Source: Syntrophaceae bacterium UBA4810 (GTDB lineage: Bacteria; Desulfobacterota; Syntrophia; Syntrophales; Smithellaceae). Taken from it: a stretch of 51,101 nucleotides of DNA. The stretch's first letter is position 1, and each line of letters begins with the position of its first letter. Both the position numbers and the translations under genes were made by a program. The stretch spans positions 654 to 51,754 of the forward strand of contig DHGA01000064.1 in the NCBI GenBank assembly GCA_002402545.1, in the 5' to 3' direction. Below, one piece after another: positions 28,194 to 37,637 of the stretch. The notes beneath the pieces are model-generated. The model saw nothing but the letters and a program-made list of their open reading frames with translations. It did not search any database and was not told the DNA's origin.

Positions 28194-28898
28194 CTAAGTT
28201 ACCAACGCACCTCGTTCTAATCTAACAACCCGGTTGCATATTTGGCCAACAAGTTCCAGTGAGTGTGAGGCAATTACGAGAATGCTTGATTTCTGAACAA
28301 TCTCTTTAAGCCGCTGTTGCGCCTTTTCCTGAAATTCGGCATCGCCCACGGTAAGCCATTCATCCATTATCAGAATCTCCGGCTGCTCGAGCGTGGCAAT
28401 CGAAAAAGCCAGCCGCATTTGCATACCGGTGGAGTAAGTCCTGAGTGGCATAGTCAGGTAATTACCCAATCCTGAGTATTCGGCAATTTCGTTTATCTTT
28501 GTTGATAGCCAACGACGGCGGAAGCCCATTAGAGCACCCCGAAGATAAATATTTTCTATCCCCGTTGCTTCGCTATCCATACCCAAACCGATATCAATCA
28601 GGCTTGTTATCTTGCCTTTAACTTTGATACAACCCCCGGTTGGTTCATAAACGCCGCATATAACGCGCAGCAAAGTACTCTTTCCCGCGCCGTTATGGCC
28701 AATCAGACCGATTCTATCGCCTTCTTTCATATCCAAAGAAATATTTTCCAGCGCTCTTACAACAACATAACCCCGATCATTTGACCCCACACGGCCGCCG
28801 GTTACCGCCTGTATAAGATGGCTTTTCAAAGAACGCACTGAAGTAGAGTTGTAAACCGGAAAATCCACACATACATTATTGAGCGAAATGCGCGTCAT
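28194..28898 (-). CDS. wzt: O-polysaccharide ABC exporter ATPase with no C-terminal carbohydrate-binding module
   Basis: Motifs GHNGAGKSTLL, YSTGMQMRLAFS, DEWLTVGDAEF and ASHS; only 234 aa. Confidence 0.93.
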   Translation of the reverse strand: MTRISLNNVCVDFPVYNSTSVRSLKSHLIQAVTGGRVGSNDRGYVVVRALENISLDMKEGDRIGLIGHNGAGKSTLLRVICGVYEPTGGCIKVKGKITSLIDIGLGMDSEATGIENIYLRGALMGFRRRWLSTKINEIAEYSGLGNYLTMPLRTYSTGMQMRLAFSIATLEQPEILIMDEWLTVGDAEFQEKAQQRLKEIVQKSSILVIASHSLELVGQICNRVVRLERGALVT

Positions 28899-28907
28899 TG
28901 TTATGCC

Positions 28908-29729
28908 CTATAACCAGTAAGCTATGCGCGAGCGAAAGCGCCCGTAAAAAAGAATAGTAAATATCCACCCAAAAATTGCCAACAAAATACAAACCTGCCA
29001 ATTCAAAACAGATGGCACCCCCCCCAACAGCGGCGCACGGATTACTTCAATTAAATGAAAAAAGGGATTGGCATTGAGTAAAAGTAAGCCTGCCCGCTTT
29101 GGCATCATTTCAGGCATCCAGATAATCGGCGTCAAATAAAAGGAAACCTGCAACAAATTGCTGATAATTTGAGGAACATCACGATACCGGGTGCAAATAA
29201 TGCCGAAGATCAGTGCCAACCAGGACAAATTCAGCATCAGCAACACAAGCCCTGCAATGGCCAACAGTGCTGTCGCTTGTGGCAGCAGCCAGAATATTAA
29301 TAAAACAAAAGGAAGGATAATCAAGTTGTGCGCAAAAATAATTAGGTTGGTCCAGAGAACTCGCATAATATATGTAAAAAGCGGTAAAGGCATCTGTTTA
29401 ATCATGCCTTCGGCAGCAATAAATCCTGTACAGCCTTCGTTGAGAGATGTTGTAATCAGCGTCCATATAATTAATCCTATGGCGAGAAAGGGTAAAAATT
29501 GCTTCAATGGCGCGCCGAAAATAGTGCCAAAAATAAAACCAAGAGCGGCGATCAAGACGCCCATGCTGATGGTAAGCCAAAAAGGCCCAAGCGATGAACG
29601 CCGGTAGCGTTGGCGAATATCCTGCCAGCCGAGAATACCAGCCAGCTGATAACCCTGCAGCGCCGCTAAGATATCGCGGCTGCCGGATTTGAATAATTCA
29701 ATCATGTGTTTGATCATATTTGTTTCCAA
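28908..29729 (-). CDS. wzm: O-polysaccharide ABC exporter permease
   Basis: Motifs DIRQRYRRSSLGPFW, RYRD, FYLTPIIW and NPF...IR.PL. Confidence 0.93.
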   Translation of the reverse strand: METNMIKHMIELFKSGSRDILAALQGYQLAGILGWQDIRQRYRRSSLGPFWLTISMGVLIAALGFIFGTIFGAPLKQFLPFLAIGLIIWTLITTSLNEGCTGFIAAEGMIKQMPLPLFTYIMRVLWTNLIIFAHNLIILPFVLLIFWLLPQATALLAIAGLVLLMLNLSWLALIFGIICTRYRDVPQIISNLLQVSFYLTPIIWMPEMMPKRAGLLLLNANPFFHLIEVIRAPLLGGVPSVLNWQVCILLAIFGWIFTILFYGRFRSRIAYWL

Positions 29730-29744
29730 GAATTCAGCGGTATA

Positions 29745-30311
29745 TCAGTGCGCCACGCCTTCTTTTTTGGCGACTTTAAAGACGGTACGCCAAAGGATAG
29801 ATATATCCAGCCAAAATGACTGGTTTTGCATATAATATTCATCAAGCGCGACTTTTTCTGGGATGGAAATTTCGTCACGGCCGTTAATCTGCGCCCAACC
29901 GGTAATACCGGGCAAAAGCTTGTGACTGTTTTTTTCAGTTCTCAGCGCAACTAAATCATCCTGATTATGCAGGGCAGGCCGCGGGCCGACCAGGCTCATA
30001 TCCCCCTTTAATACGCTCCAGAGCTGCGGCAGTTCATCAAGACTGGTAAGGCGCAAAATATTTCCCAGGGGCGTCATATAATCTTGGGCGTTTTTCATCA
30101 GATGCGTGGGCAAATCAGGCGCGTCCAGGCGCATCGTGCGGAATTTCGGCATTTTAAAAATGATGTTGTTTCTGCCGACTCTTTCCGACCAGTGCAGGGC
30201 GGGCCCGCGCGATGTCAGGCGTATAGCCGCGGCAATTATTATCATCGGAAGCGCCGCGATAAGCAGCATAATCAACGCCGCGCTAAAATCAAATATCCGT
30301 TTAATCATCAA
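29745..30311 (-). CDS. Monotopic phosphoglycosyltransferase (paralogue of 2039-2602)
   Basis: Motifs [33 protein letters not shown] and [12 protein letters not shown]. Confidence 0.93.
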   Translation of the reverse strand: MMIKRIFDFSAALIMLLIAALPMIIIAAAIRLTSRGPALHWSERVGRNNIIFKMPKFRTMRLDAPDLPTHLMKNAQDYMTPLGNILRLTSLDELPQLWSVLKGDMSLVGPRPALHNQDDLVALRTEKNSHKLLPGITGWAQINGRDEISIPEKVALDEYYMQNQSFWLDISILWRTVFKVAKKEGVAH

Positions 30312-30329
30312 AGCCCTTAAACACGTGTT

Positions 30330-31103
30330 TTAAAATAACCCTTTTACAAGATACCAAATTCGCGCGACAATTTCCTGAAAAGCGGTTTGCATTTTATAAA
30401 GCGCTTCTGACCGCGGGATATATCTGGCCACGGGATTTCCCATCGGCGAAGAATATAAATAATCCGCAGGCAGAGGCGAGACATTGTTGAAATATTTTTT
30501 AAATTCCCTTTCGGTTCTTTTCATGTGAAAAGCAGAGGTAACCAATCCAATGCTAATATCTTTATTGTCGAACATTTTGTTTATTTCTGTGGCGCTTTGC
30601 CAGGTGTTAACGGAACGGGTATCGATTTTAATTTTTCCCTTTGGCACACCCAAAGACACGGCCAGCCTTGCCATCATTTCCGCTTCCGGTACTTTACCGG
30701 TGCCCTTGCCGGAACACACAAAATATTTAACCAAATTCTTATGATAAAAATCCACAGCGTAAGCCACACGGACAACAGTAGAAGAGGAAGGAAAAGTTTT
30801 GCTGATATAATTAATATCGTATGCTCCGCCGCCCAGGACTACAATCACATCTGTATCCTGATAAGCGTTAATGGTTTTTTTAATATAATCTTTTTCCAGA
30901 TAGCGGCAAAGATAATTGGCCACGGGAAAAATACTTGCCGCGTAAAACAAAACAATTGATAACAGCAAAACAAGCGCGCCGGTTTTATTTTTACTGGCCC
31001 TCCAAAAAACAATCAGGGAAATCAGCATCAAAAGAAAAATGACAAAAATCGGGTCAATAACTGTTTTGATTATATCAAATAAATATTTCATAAATTCAAG
31101 CAT
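30330..31103 (-). CDS. ElyC/YdcF (DUF218) envelope biogenesis protein
   Basis: Two N-terminal TM helices plus IVVLGGG, SG...EAEMM, SVNT and LVTSAFHMKR. Confidence 0.88.
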   Translation of the reverse strand: MLEFMKYLFDIIKTVIDPIFVIFLLMLISLIVFWRASKNKTGALVLLLSIVLFYAASIFPVANYLCRYLEKDYIKKTINAYQDTDVIVVLGGGAYDINYISKTFPSSSTVVRVAYAVDFYHKNLVKYFVCSGKGTGKVPEAEMMARLAVSLGVPKGKIKIDTRSVNTWQSATEINKMFDNKDISIGLVTSAFHMKRTEREFKKYFNNVSPLPADYLYSSPMGNPVARYIPRSEALYKMQTAFQEIVARIWYLVKGLF

Positions 31104-31121
31104 TTACTCTCTTTCAAGTTA

Positions 31122-31150
31122 TTATACAGCTCCGCTTTCTCGATTACATA
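31122..31150. repeat. 29-bp intergenic element, copy 2 (overlaps a TATAAT on the minus strand)
   Basis: TTATACAGCTCCGCTTTCTCGATTACATA is 26/29 identical to 8609-8637 and lies 19 nt upstream of the 31103 start. Confidence 0.75.
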
Positions 31151-31238
31151 AACGAAAAGCGTAAAGATCTAAGTACCTGATCTAATTACGAAATATATTT
31201 TCTTCTGTCAAGGTTTTATTTGATAGATGTTTTGCCTG

Positions 31239-32153
31239 TTAGCGGTAATTTTTAATATGCCAGCAGACTAACTCAAGATATACTTTTGTTTTATTTCGGA
31301 TATTTTTGGCCAATCCCAGCGTAACGATAGAAGCCAGCATGTTGAGTATAAATTCTATAATAAGACGTAAAAATATGATAGCGCGCGCCACCCGGTAATA
31401 ATAGCGGCTGTGCCATTTTTGCATAAACTGATAGCGGGAACGGTAAAACTCAATGCGCGACTTGGCGTTGCCTCCGATGCTCTGACCCTGCAGGTGGTAA
31501 ATAAAAGCGTCCGGCACATGATAAATGCGCCAACCTTTTTGACGCAGAGAATAAGCCAGATCTGTCTCTTCAAAAAAGAAAAAATATCTTTCGTCAAAAA
31601 ACGATGCTTCTTCCAGCGCCTTTTTGCGAACCAGCATACAGGCACCAATGGCTGAATCAACTTCAATCGGTTCTTTATGCGCGTATCTTTTGCTCGGATA
31701 TTTTTTGGGAAAAAGATATTCCAGAAGAGATATGTTTGTCGCGAGCGACAGCAGCGTGGGAAATGAAGCGACAGAATTTTGTTTGCTTCCGTCGGCATTG
31801 AGAAGCTGGCCACAGACAATCGCCGCCCGGCTATTCGCTTCGGCAAATTCCCAGATCTTATTTACCGCGCCCGGCGTCAATACGGCATCGGTATTTAGCA
31901 GAAGCGCGTATTTGCCTTTCATTATCGCAAAGGCCTGATTATTAGCCGCGCCGAAGCCTCGATTTTCTTTATTATTGATTGTTATTACCTGTGAAAAATA
32001 TTGGGCAAGCATTTCCGCGGAGCCGTCGGAAGAGGCGTTATCCACAACAAGCACTTCAAAGGAAAGAGTATCGATGGTGTGATAAACGGATTCCAGGCAG
32101 TTTTGCAGCAGATTCTTCGTATTCCAATTGACGATAATGACGGAAATATCCAT
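31239..32153 (-). CDS. GT2 glycosyltransferase (WbbL-like)
   Basis: Motifs ISVIIVNWN, VDNASSDGS, NRGFGAANN, LLNTD, GACML and FFFFEETD. The ATG at 32153 is preferred. Confidence 0.88.
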   Translation of the reverse strand: MDISVIIVNWNTKNLLQNCLESVYHTIDTLSFEVLVVDNASSDGSAEMLAQYFSQVITINNKENRGFGAANNQAFAIMKGKYALLLNTDAVLTPGAVNKIWEFAEANSRAAIVCGQLLNADGSKQNSVASFPTLLSLATNISLLEYLFPKKYPSKRYAHKEPIEVDSAIGACMLVRKKALEEASFFDERYFFFFEETDLAYSLRQKGWRIYHVPDAFIYHLQGQSIGGNAKSRIEFYRSRYQFMQKWHSRYYYRVARAIIFLRLIIEFILNMLASIVTLGLAKNIRNKTKVYLELVCWHIKNYR

Positions 32154-32158
32154 TTTAA

Positions 32159-32917
32159 CTACTTTTCGGCAATGCCTTGTTCCCATCGCTTGGCATGCTT
32201 AAGAAAAACGTACCCTGCGGAATTCATCGCAATAACCAACCCGGGAATACCATCTAAAATTCCTCGCTTCCAAAAATAACATTCGAGAAATTTTCCGAAG
32301 GCATGAAATACGCCAACCGCGACAAACCAGCCTCCCCTGGGCTGATCCTGCCTCGCGTAGATTTCCGAAAAATTGTTCATCGTGACCACCTGATCGGAAA
32401 TGCTTCGATATACGTAATGAAGAAAAGGCTGGGTCAGGTCTCTGACTTTACCATTAACATCCAGTTTATCATGGGGATCCACACCCTGCCACTTTGCCCT
32501 ACCCCGGCGAACCAGGCGCACTTTACGATCCGGATACCAGCCACCGTGGCAAATCCAGCGCCCCAGATACCAAGATAGGCGGGGCATGGAAAAACCGCCG
32601 ACATCCGGCGGCGCGTTTTTTACAGCATGGAGAATTTCCGCCGCGAGCGACTCCGGCACTTCTTCATCCGCATCCAGGCTCAGAACCCATTCATTTTTTA
32701 CCGCTTCCATGGCAAACTGCTTTTGCGCCACATATCCCGGCCATGGATTGAAAATCACTTTCGCGCCGGCTTTTTCGCAAATTACCTGGGTGCCGTCGGT
32801 GCTTCCGGAATCTACCACAAGAATCTCGTCCGCAAAGGCACAGCTTTCGAGCAGCCGCCCGATACGGTCTGCTTCGTTTTTGGCAATAATGGCAACACTG
32901 ATATTAGGCTTTTCCAT
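32159..32917 (-). CDS. GT2 LPS core beta-1,4-glucosyltransferase (WaaE/KdtX-like)
   Basis: Motifs IAKNEA, VVDSGSTDGT, SLDADE, GGWYPD..RL and GILDG..G. Confidence 0.85.
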   Translation of the reverse strand: MEKPNISVAIIAKNEADRIGRLLESCAFADEILVVDSGSTDGTQVICEKAGAKVIFNPWPGYVAQKQFAMEAVKNEWVLSLDADEEVPESLAAEILHAVKNAPPDVGGFSMPRLSWYLGRWICHGGWYPDRKVRLVRRGRAKWQGVDPHDKLDVNGKVRDLTQPFLHYVYRSISDQVVTMNNFSEIYARQDQPRGGWFVAVGVFHAFGKFLECYFWKRGILDGIPGLVIAMNSAGYVFLKHAKRWEQGIAEK

Positions 32918-33245
32918 TTTGTCACGCTTTTCACGGCCAATAAATTAACCGGTTGTATAATTATTTGCTTATTTTATAGGCAAATGATTTGAACATCAAG
33001 CTTATTTGAAAAACACATATTTATATATCTCATAATTTAATCATTGCCGCAAACGCTATTCGTGATACCTGTAAATTATAAAAACTCTATTCAATTAATG
33101 GTATGTACAAAAAAGATATTTTATATAGCATAAATATTATTTGTGACTTATATCATGCTCAAAGTATAAATGACTGAAGGTGCCGAGTTACGAACCAACG
33201 CATTGGTAGTACCGCTGGAATAATGCATTAAAATATTTAATTTGT

Positions 33246-33994
33246 TTATAGTAACTCATCTTTTTTTGTAATAAAAATTAATGTATTGCCGCCTAAAATT
33301 ACCTCATTTTTTAGCGTTAGATCGTATCTGTGCTTTTTCCATTTTTTCTGAGATTGAAAATACGCAAGCAATTTTAATAAATAAACTAAAGGCAGCCAGA
33401 AATATTGTTTCCGTTTTACACGGTCTTTTATTATTTCTTCAATTTTCAAGCCATTAATCTCAAAAATCAGATTAATTAAAGTTATCGTTAGAGGCGTGTT
33501 GTGAAAATTAAAAAGATTGCGATCCGATTGCATATAGTCACTAAGAGATTCAGGTTTTGTTAAGTATCCGCTGAAAAAAATTGCGCGCGTTTTTCTATGT
33601 TGGAATAATTAGGAATACTGAAAATTCCATATCCACCCGGCTTTAAAACGCGAGCAAATTCCTGCACCGCCCGATATGGATTTGTCATATGTTCCAAGCC
33701 ATCAACGCAGCAAACATAATCAAATGTGTCATCGGGAGAATCAATCTTTTCATTAAGATCAGTATATATACATTTTACATCCTTAAGTTTGAAAATCTTA
33801 GTATCTATTTCTCCGCAGACCGCGTCGAAACCCATCTCTCTCAGGCGCATACTGAGATGCCCAAAACCCGCGGGAGCATCCAATATCAGGCCTGGTCTTC
33901 TTTTAGAAAACCAAGAAAGTATAACTTTATGGATACTGCCCCTTGCTTTAGGGGTTATATCCTGGTTATCATAAATATGATCAATTTTTGCCAT
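33246..33994 (-). pseudogene. Class I SAM-dependent methyltransferase split by a frameshift in a T7 run
   Basis: Motifs ILDAPAGFG, FDYV..VDGLEH and RVLKPGG..SIPN. Adding one base at 33574-33580 fuses the 144-aa and 95-aa ORFs into ...QFFFSGYLTKPESLSDYMQSDRN... Confidence 0.85.
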
Positions 33995-34232
33995 ATTGCG
34001 ATTCCCTTATTTTATTTTTTTCTAACAACTGCCAATCTATAGCAGCTTTCCTTTTTCATAAAATTAAGGCGGGTTCCCTGTATATATATCTTTTTAATTT
34101 CAATATCTAATTATTACCCTGCCCGCTATAATGACAAACTGATAACATATCGGGTTAATTATTAAAATATGAATTTTTTTAATATCTGTGTTAATGATAT
34201 TTTCGGTAAAATAGTATGGTGGTGTTTGGCTC

Positions 34233-35408
34233 ATGAAAAAAATTGCGTTGGCGATGGAAAAATTCAGCCGCTACGCCGGTGGAGCGGAGTCATATTCTGT
34301 CGCTCTGGCGAGCACTCTGATAAAAAAAGGCTGGGATGTGCATTTGTATGGCGAAGTATGGGACAATGAACCTAAAGAGGCCGTTTTTCATAAAATTCAT
34401 ATCCCTAAGTTTCTACCGGCCTGGCTTAAACTACTTTTATTCGCCTGGAAACATAAAAAAATGGTTCGCCAGGAACACTATGATGTACTAATGGGCTTCG
34501 GCAATACTATCTATATGAACGTTTACCAGAGTCACGGCGGCGTCCACCAATATTCAAGCGCCAGAATGTCTTACGCGGAAAGTAAGGTATGGCGTCGAAT
34601 TATTAAGCGTCTTGTTATTATTTTCTCATTAAAATACTGGACAAGAGCGTGGATAGAATCGGCGCCTTTTCGAATTAACCCAAGGCCGAAAATCATTGCT
34701 ATTTCGCATATGATAAAAAATGATATGGAATCATTTTTTCACACAAATACGGATGAAATAGAAATAGTTTATAACGGCGTCGATATCAATCGGTTCAATA
34801 ATTCAATACTGCAGAGTTTTAGAGGAAGCTTACGCAATCAATGGGGTTTAAGTGAAAAAGATACCGCCTTTTTGTTTGCATCCTATGAGTTGAAGAAAAA
34901 AGGTATTGAGCCACTTATGGAAGCCGCCGCAAAATTAAAGAAAGACGGAAATGAAGCTTTTAAAATCATTGTTGTTGGCGGACAACCATATAGTTCTTTA
35001 AAGAGACTTATCGCTCACCTTGATATTGAAGATACCGTTGTTTTTGTTGGTCGGGTTAAATCCATGGGAGAGTATTATGCAAATAGCGATGCTTTCGTTC
35101 TTCCGACATATTATGATGCTTGCTCCCTGGTGGTCATTGAAGCTATGGCCAGCGGCCTGCCTGCTATTACTACCATATACAACGGCGCGGCCGGAATTAT
35201 CGACGACGGGGCAAACGGATATATCATTTCTCACCCGCCGGATGCTTCCGAGCTTGCTGATAAAATGTATCTATTGATGGATAAGAAAAGGATTAAAAAT
35301 ATTTCCAGGGAAGCCGCTCTCGCCGGACAGAAATATTCAGCCGAAAGAAACCACAAAGAAATAATGAGAGTTCTTGACGAAGCAGTTAAGTTAAAAAATC
35401 ATCTATAA
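34233..35408 (+). CDS. GT4 glycosyltransferase (WaaG/WabG-like LPS core)
   Basis: Motifs GGAE, AISHMIK, VYNGVD, KKKG and LPTYYDACSLVVIEAMASGLP. Confidence 0.88.
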   Translation: MKKIALAMEKFSRYAGGAESYSVALASTLIKKGWDVHLYGEVWDNEPKEAVFHKIHIPKFLPAWLKLLLFAWKHKKMVRQEHYDVLMGFGNTIYMNVYQSHGGVHQYSSARMSYAESKVWRRIIKRLVIIFSLKYWTRAWIESAPFRINPRPKIIAISHMIKNDMESFFHTNTDEIEIVYNGVDINRFNNSILQSFRGSLRNQWGLSEKDTAFLFASYELKKKGIEPLMEAAAKLKKDGNEAFKIIVVGGQPYSSLKRLIAHLDIEDTVVFVGRVKSMGEYYANSDAFVLPTYYDACSLVVIEAMASGLPAITTIYNGAAGIIDDGANGYIISHPPDASELADKMYLLMDKKRIKNISREAALAGQKYSAERNHKEIMRVLDEAVKLKNHL

Positions 35409-35419
35409 ACTAATCGTTT

Positions 35420-36130
35420 TTATGCTTTAGGCATTTGGCCGCTTAGGAATTCTCGGAAATATCCTGCCTCTTTTAAATTTAACAGTGTTCTCCTGTTTTT
35501 GGAAAGATCAGCATACGATGAATTTTGCACTTCTTTAGCAGAATATTTCAGAGTATTTTCCGGCCGGCCCTTAGTGATAACACCCAACCCAAAATCACAA
35601 TCTAATACAAACACATTAAGATCTTCCCGTGTTGCACGCAGGCAAACAATTGTTTTCCAGACGTCACCGTTCCATACTCCGGAAAAACCAGGGGGATTAA
35701 CTTTTCCAATATCTTCTAATGATTTAGCAGGCAACGCCGCTGCCGCAGAAGAAGGATTGCAATCATGTAAAACGATAACGCCATTATCATTTAAATATCC
35801 AAGGGAATTCTGAACGTCTTTTAAAGACTGTGGAAAGGTGTGCAGCCCGTCGATAAAAGCAACATCAATGCCTGTTTTAGATAAGAGGCTTTTTTCTTTA
35901 TCAAAAAATATGTCACTTTCCACGCTGAAATATTTATTGAAAATATTATAGGGATTTTTAAAATAATATCTGATTTTTTTCCCATGACTTATTGTAAAAA
36001 CAGGGTCCACGCCGTATTTGCTTTTTGCTCGCATTTTTAAAAATGCATCTCCAGACCGAACGCCTATTTCCAAGTATGTCTTTGCACTCCGCCTGTCGAT
36101 TATTTCCTGAATAACACTGATTCTATCCAT
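35420..36130 (-). CDS. Class I SAM-dependent methyltransferase (Methyltransf_24-like)
   Basis: Motifs YLEIGV..G, GVDP, FIDGLH, GVIVLHD and WNGDVWK. Confidence 0.85.
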   Translation of the reverse strand: MDRISVIQEIIDRRSAKTYLEIGVRSGDAFLKMRAKSKYGVDPVFTISHGKKIRYYFKNPYNIFNKYFSVESDIFFDKEKSLLSKTGIDVAFIDGLHTFPQSLKDVQNSLGYLNDNGVIVLHDCNPSSAAAALPAKSLEDIGKVNPPGFSGVWNGDVWKTIVCLRATREDLNVFVLDCDFGLGVITKGRPENTLKYSAKEVQNSSYADLSKNRRTLLNLKEAGYFREFLSGQMPKA

Positions 36131-36261
36131 TCTTAATGTGCTTCCCTTAAGTTTTTAAGTTTTAACGCTTGTGTCAGATAATATTATTGGCAACTAATTC
36201 GCTGTCTAAATATCATAAAATAAATTATAAATAAACAAAATTTGTTTATTATTTTTAACGC

Positions 36262-36360
36262 TTACATTGTGCCTCCATTTTTACCCCAGAACAAATCTGG
36301 GATAAAAGTTAAAAAATATGCACTCACAAATTGGTGACTATTTTCTGGGCATACTTTCCA
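36262..36360 (-). mobile_element. Possible heavily decayed IS3-like left end
   Basis: TGGAAAGTATGCCCAGAAAATAGTCACCA...GGAGGCACAATG resembles the remnant at 6400-6475. It includes an 11/12 inverted repeat at 36279-36307. No transposase frame remains. Confidence 0.3.
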
Positions 36361-36450
36361 CAAACTACGCCTTTCAATTATTTATATTACTTGTTGAAGA
36401 CCAAAAAATAGTCTATAGAAAATAAACGTAAGTAGAGAGGTCATCCAAAG

Positions 36451-37427
36451 TTGAAAACCCTTCTTTTTTATCTAAAAGTGAAAAAGATCCCTCCACCCGT
36501 TATCGCTCACTTCAATATTTCAGTCTTTTTGAAAAAGCCGGATTCGCACCGCGACATATGCTTTTAGCGGGAAATGCTAAGAACTATCTGCAGGCTCTGG
36601 CTTATGCGCGGCGCGCTCACACTGTGATTGTGCACCGGAAGACTTTACCGTTTCTTTATTTGCGACTGCTAAGAATAAATGCACGGCGATTAATTTTTGA
36701 CTTCGACGACGCAATTTTTTGTAAAGATGATGGCACTTCATCGGCAAGCCGCATGGCCCACTTCTCGGCTATAGTGCGTGTTTGTGACAATATATTTGCC
36801 GGGAATAAGTATCTTGCCAAAACCGCTGAAGCTTTTAACCGTAACGTAATTCATGTACCCACTTCTATCGACACGTCCAAATATCTAGTTGACGCAAACA
36901 AACCGGAGACCACAACAGACATAGCCTGGATCGGCAGCAGTTCCACCCGTAAATACCTAGAACATATAATACCCGCGCTGCAGATAGCAAACCAACTTGT
37001 GTTTAATCTTAGGCTAAAAATCATTGCCGATTTTGATCTGCCGAATATAGGCCTCCAAACACTGCCAGTCCAATGGACTTCCGATAGTGAAGCAAAAGAA
37101 CTTGCAAGCGCACATATTGGCATTGCACCACTGACTGATGATAATTGGAGCCGGGGAAAGTGTGGACTTAAAGTGCTGCAATATATGGCAACTGGCCTGC
37201 CGGTCATAGCATCAAATGTTGGCGTTAACTCGGAATTAGTCCACCAAGGCGTGAATGGAGAACTTGCATGTACCATGCATGATTGGGTAGAAACAATTAA
37301 TCGCCTTGCATCAGATATCCGTTTACGTACCGATTACGGAAACGCAGGTCGTCGGTTTGTTAAGGATAATTATTCAACTGAGGCGGTGTTCAATCGCATC
37401 CTAAATTCGCTCAACGCCATGATCTAA
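36451..37427 (+). pseudogene. GT4 glycosyltransferase with a frameshift in a T6 run near the 5' end
   Basis: GAGAGG RBS then TTG at 36451. One extra T at 36464-36469 gives MKTLLFLSKSEKDPSTRYRSLQY..., in frame with the 289-aa ORF (FDFDDAIF, WIGS, GKCGLKVLQYMA). Confidence 0.8.
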
Positions 37428-37637
37428 ACTTGTGTTTCCTAGAGATAAATATAATTGATCTCTGTTACTTTAATAGTCCATGGAAAATACTTAAGAAATG
37501 TATAATTATTATTTAAGGCTCTAAACTAGGTAAGCGTGTTATTTCTCATCAGCGTTAATATAAGTTGAAGGATATTTTATTTCCGGTAGATGTTCTAGTA
37601 TATCAATGATAATTGATATTAACTTGATACTGGCATT

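Noticed and set aside
31183-31211. TTGACA on the minus strand upstream of the elyC-like gene as a promoter
   Set aside because: The hexamer 17 nt downstream (TAATTA) lacks the conserved final T, so it was not called.
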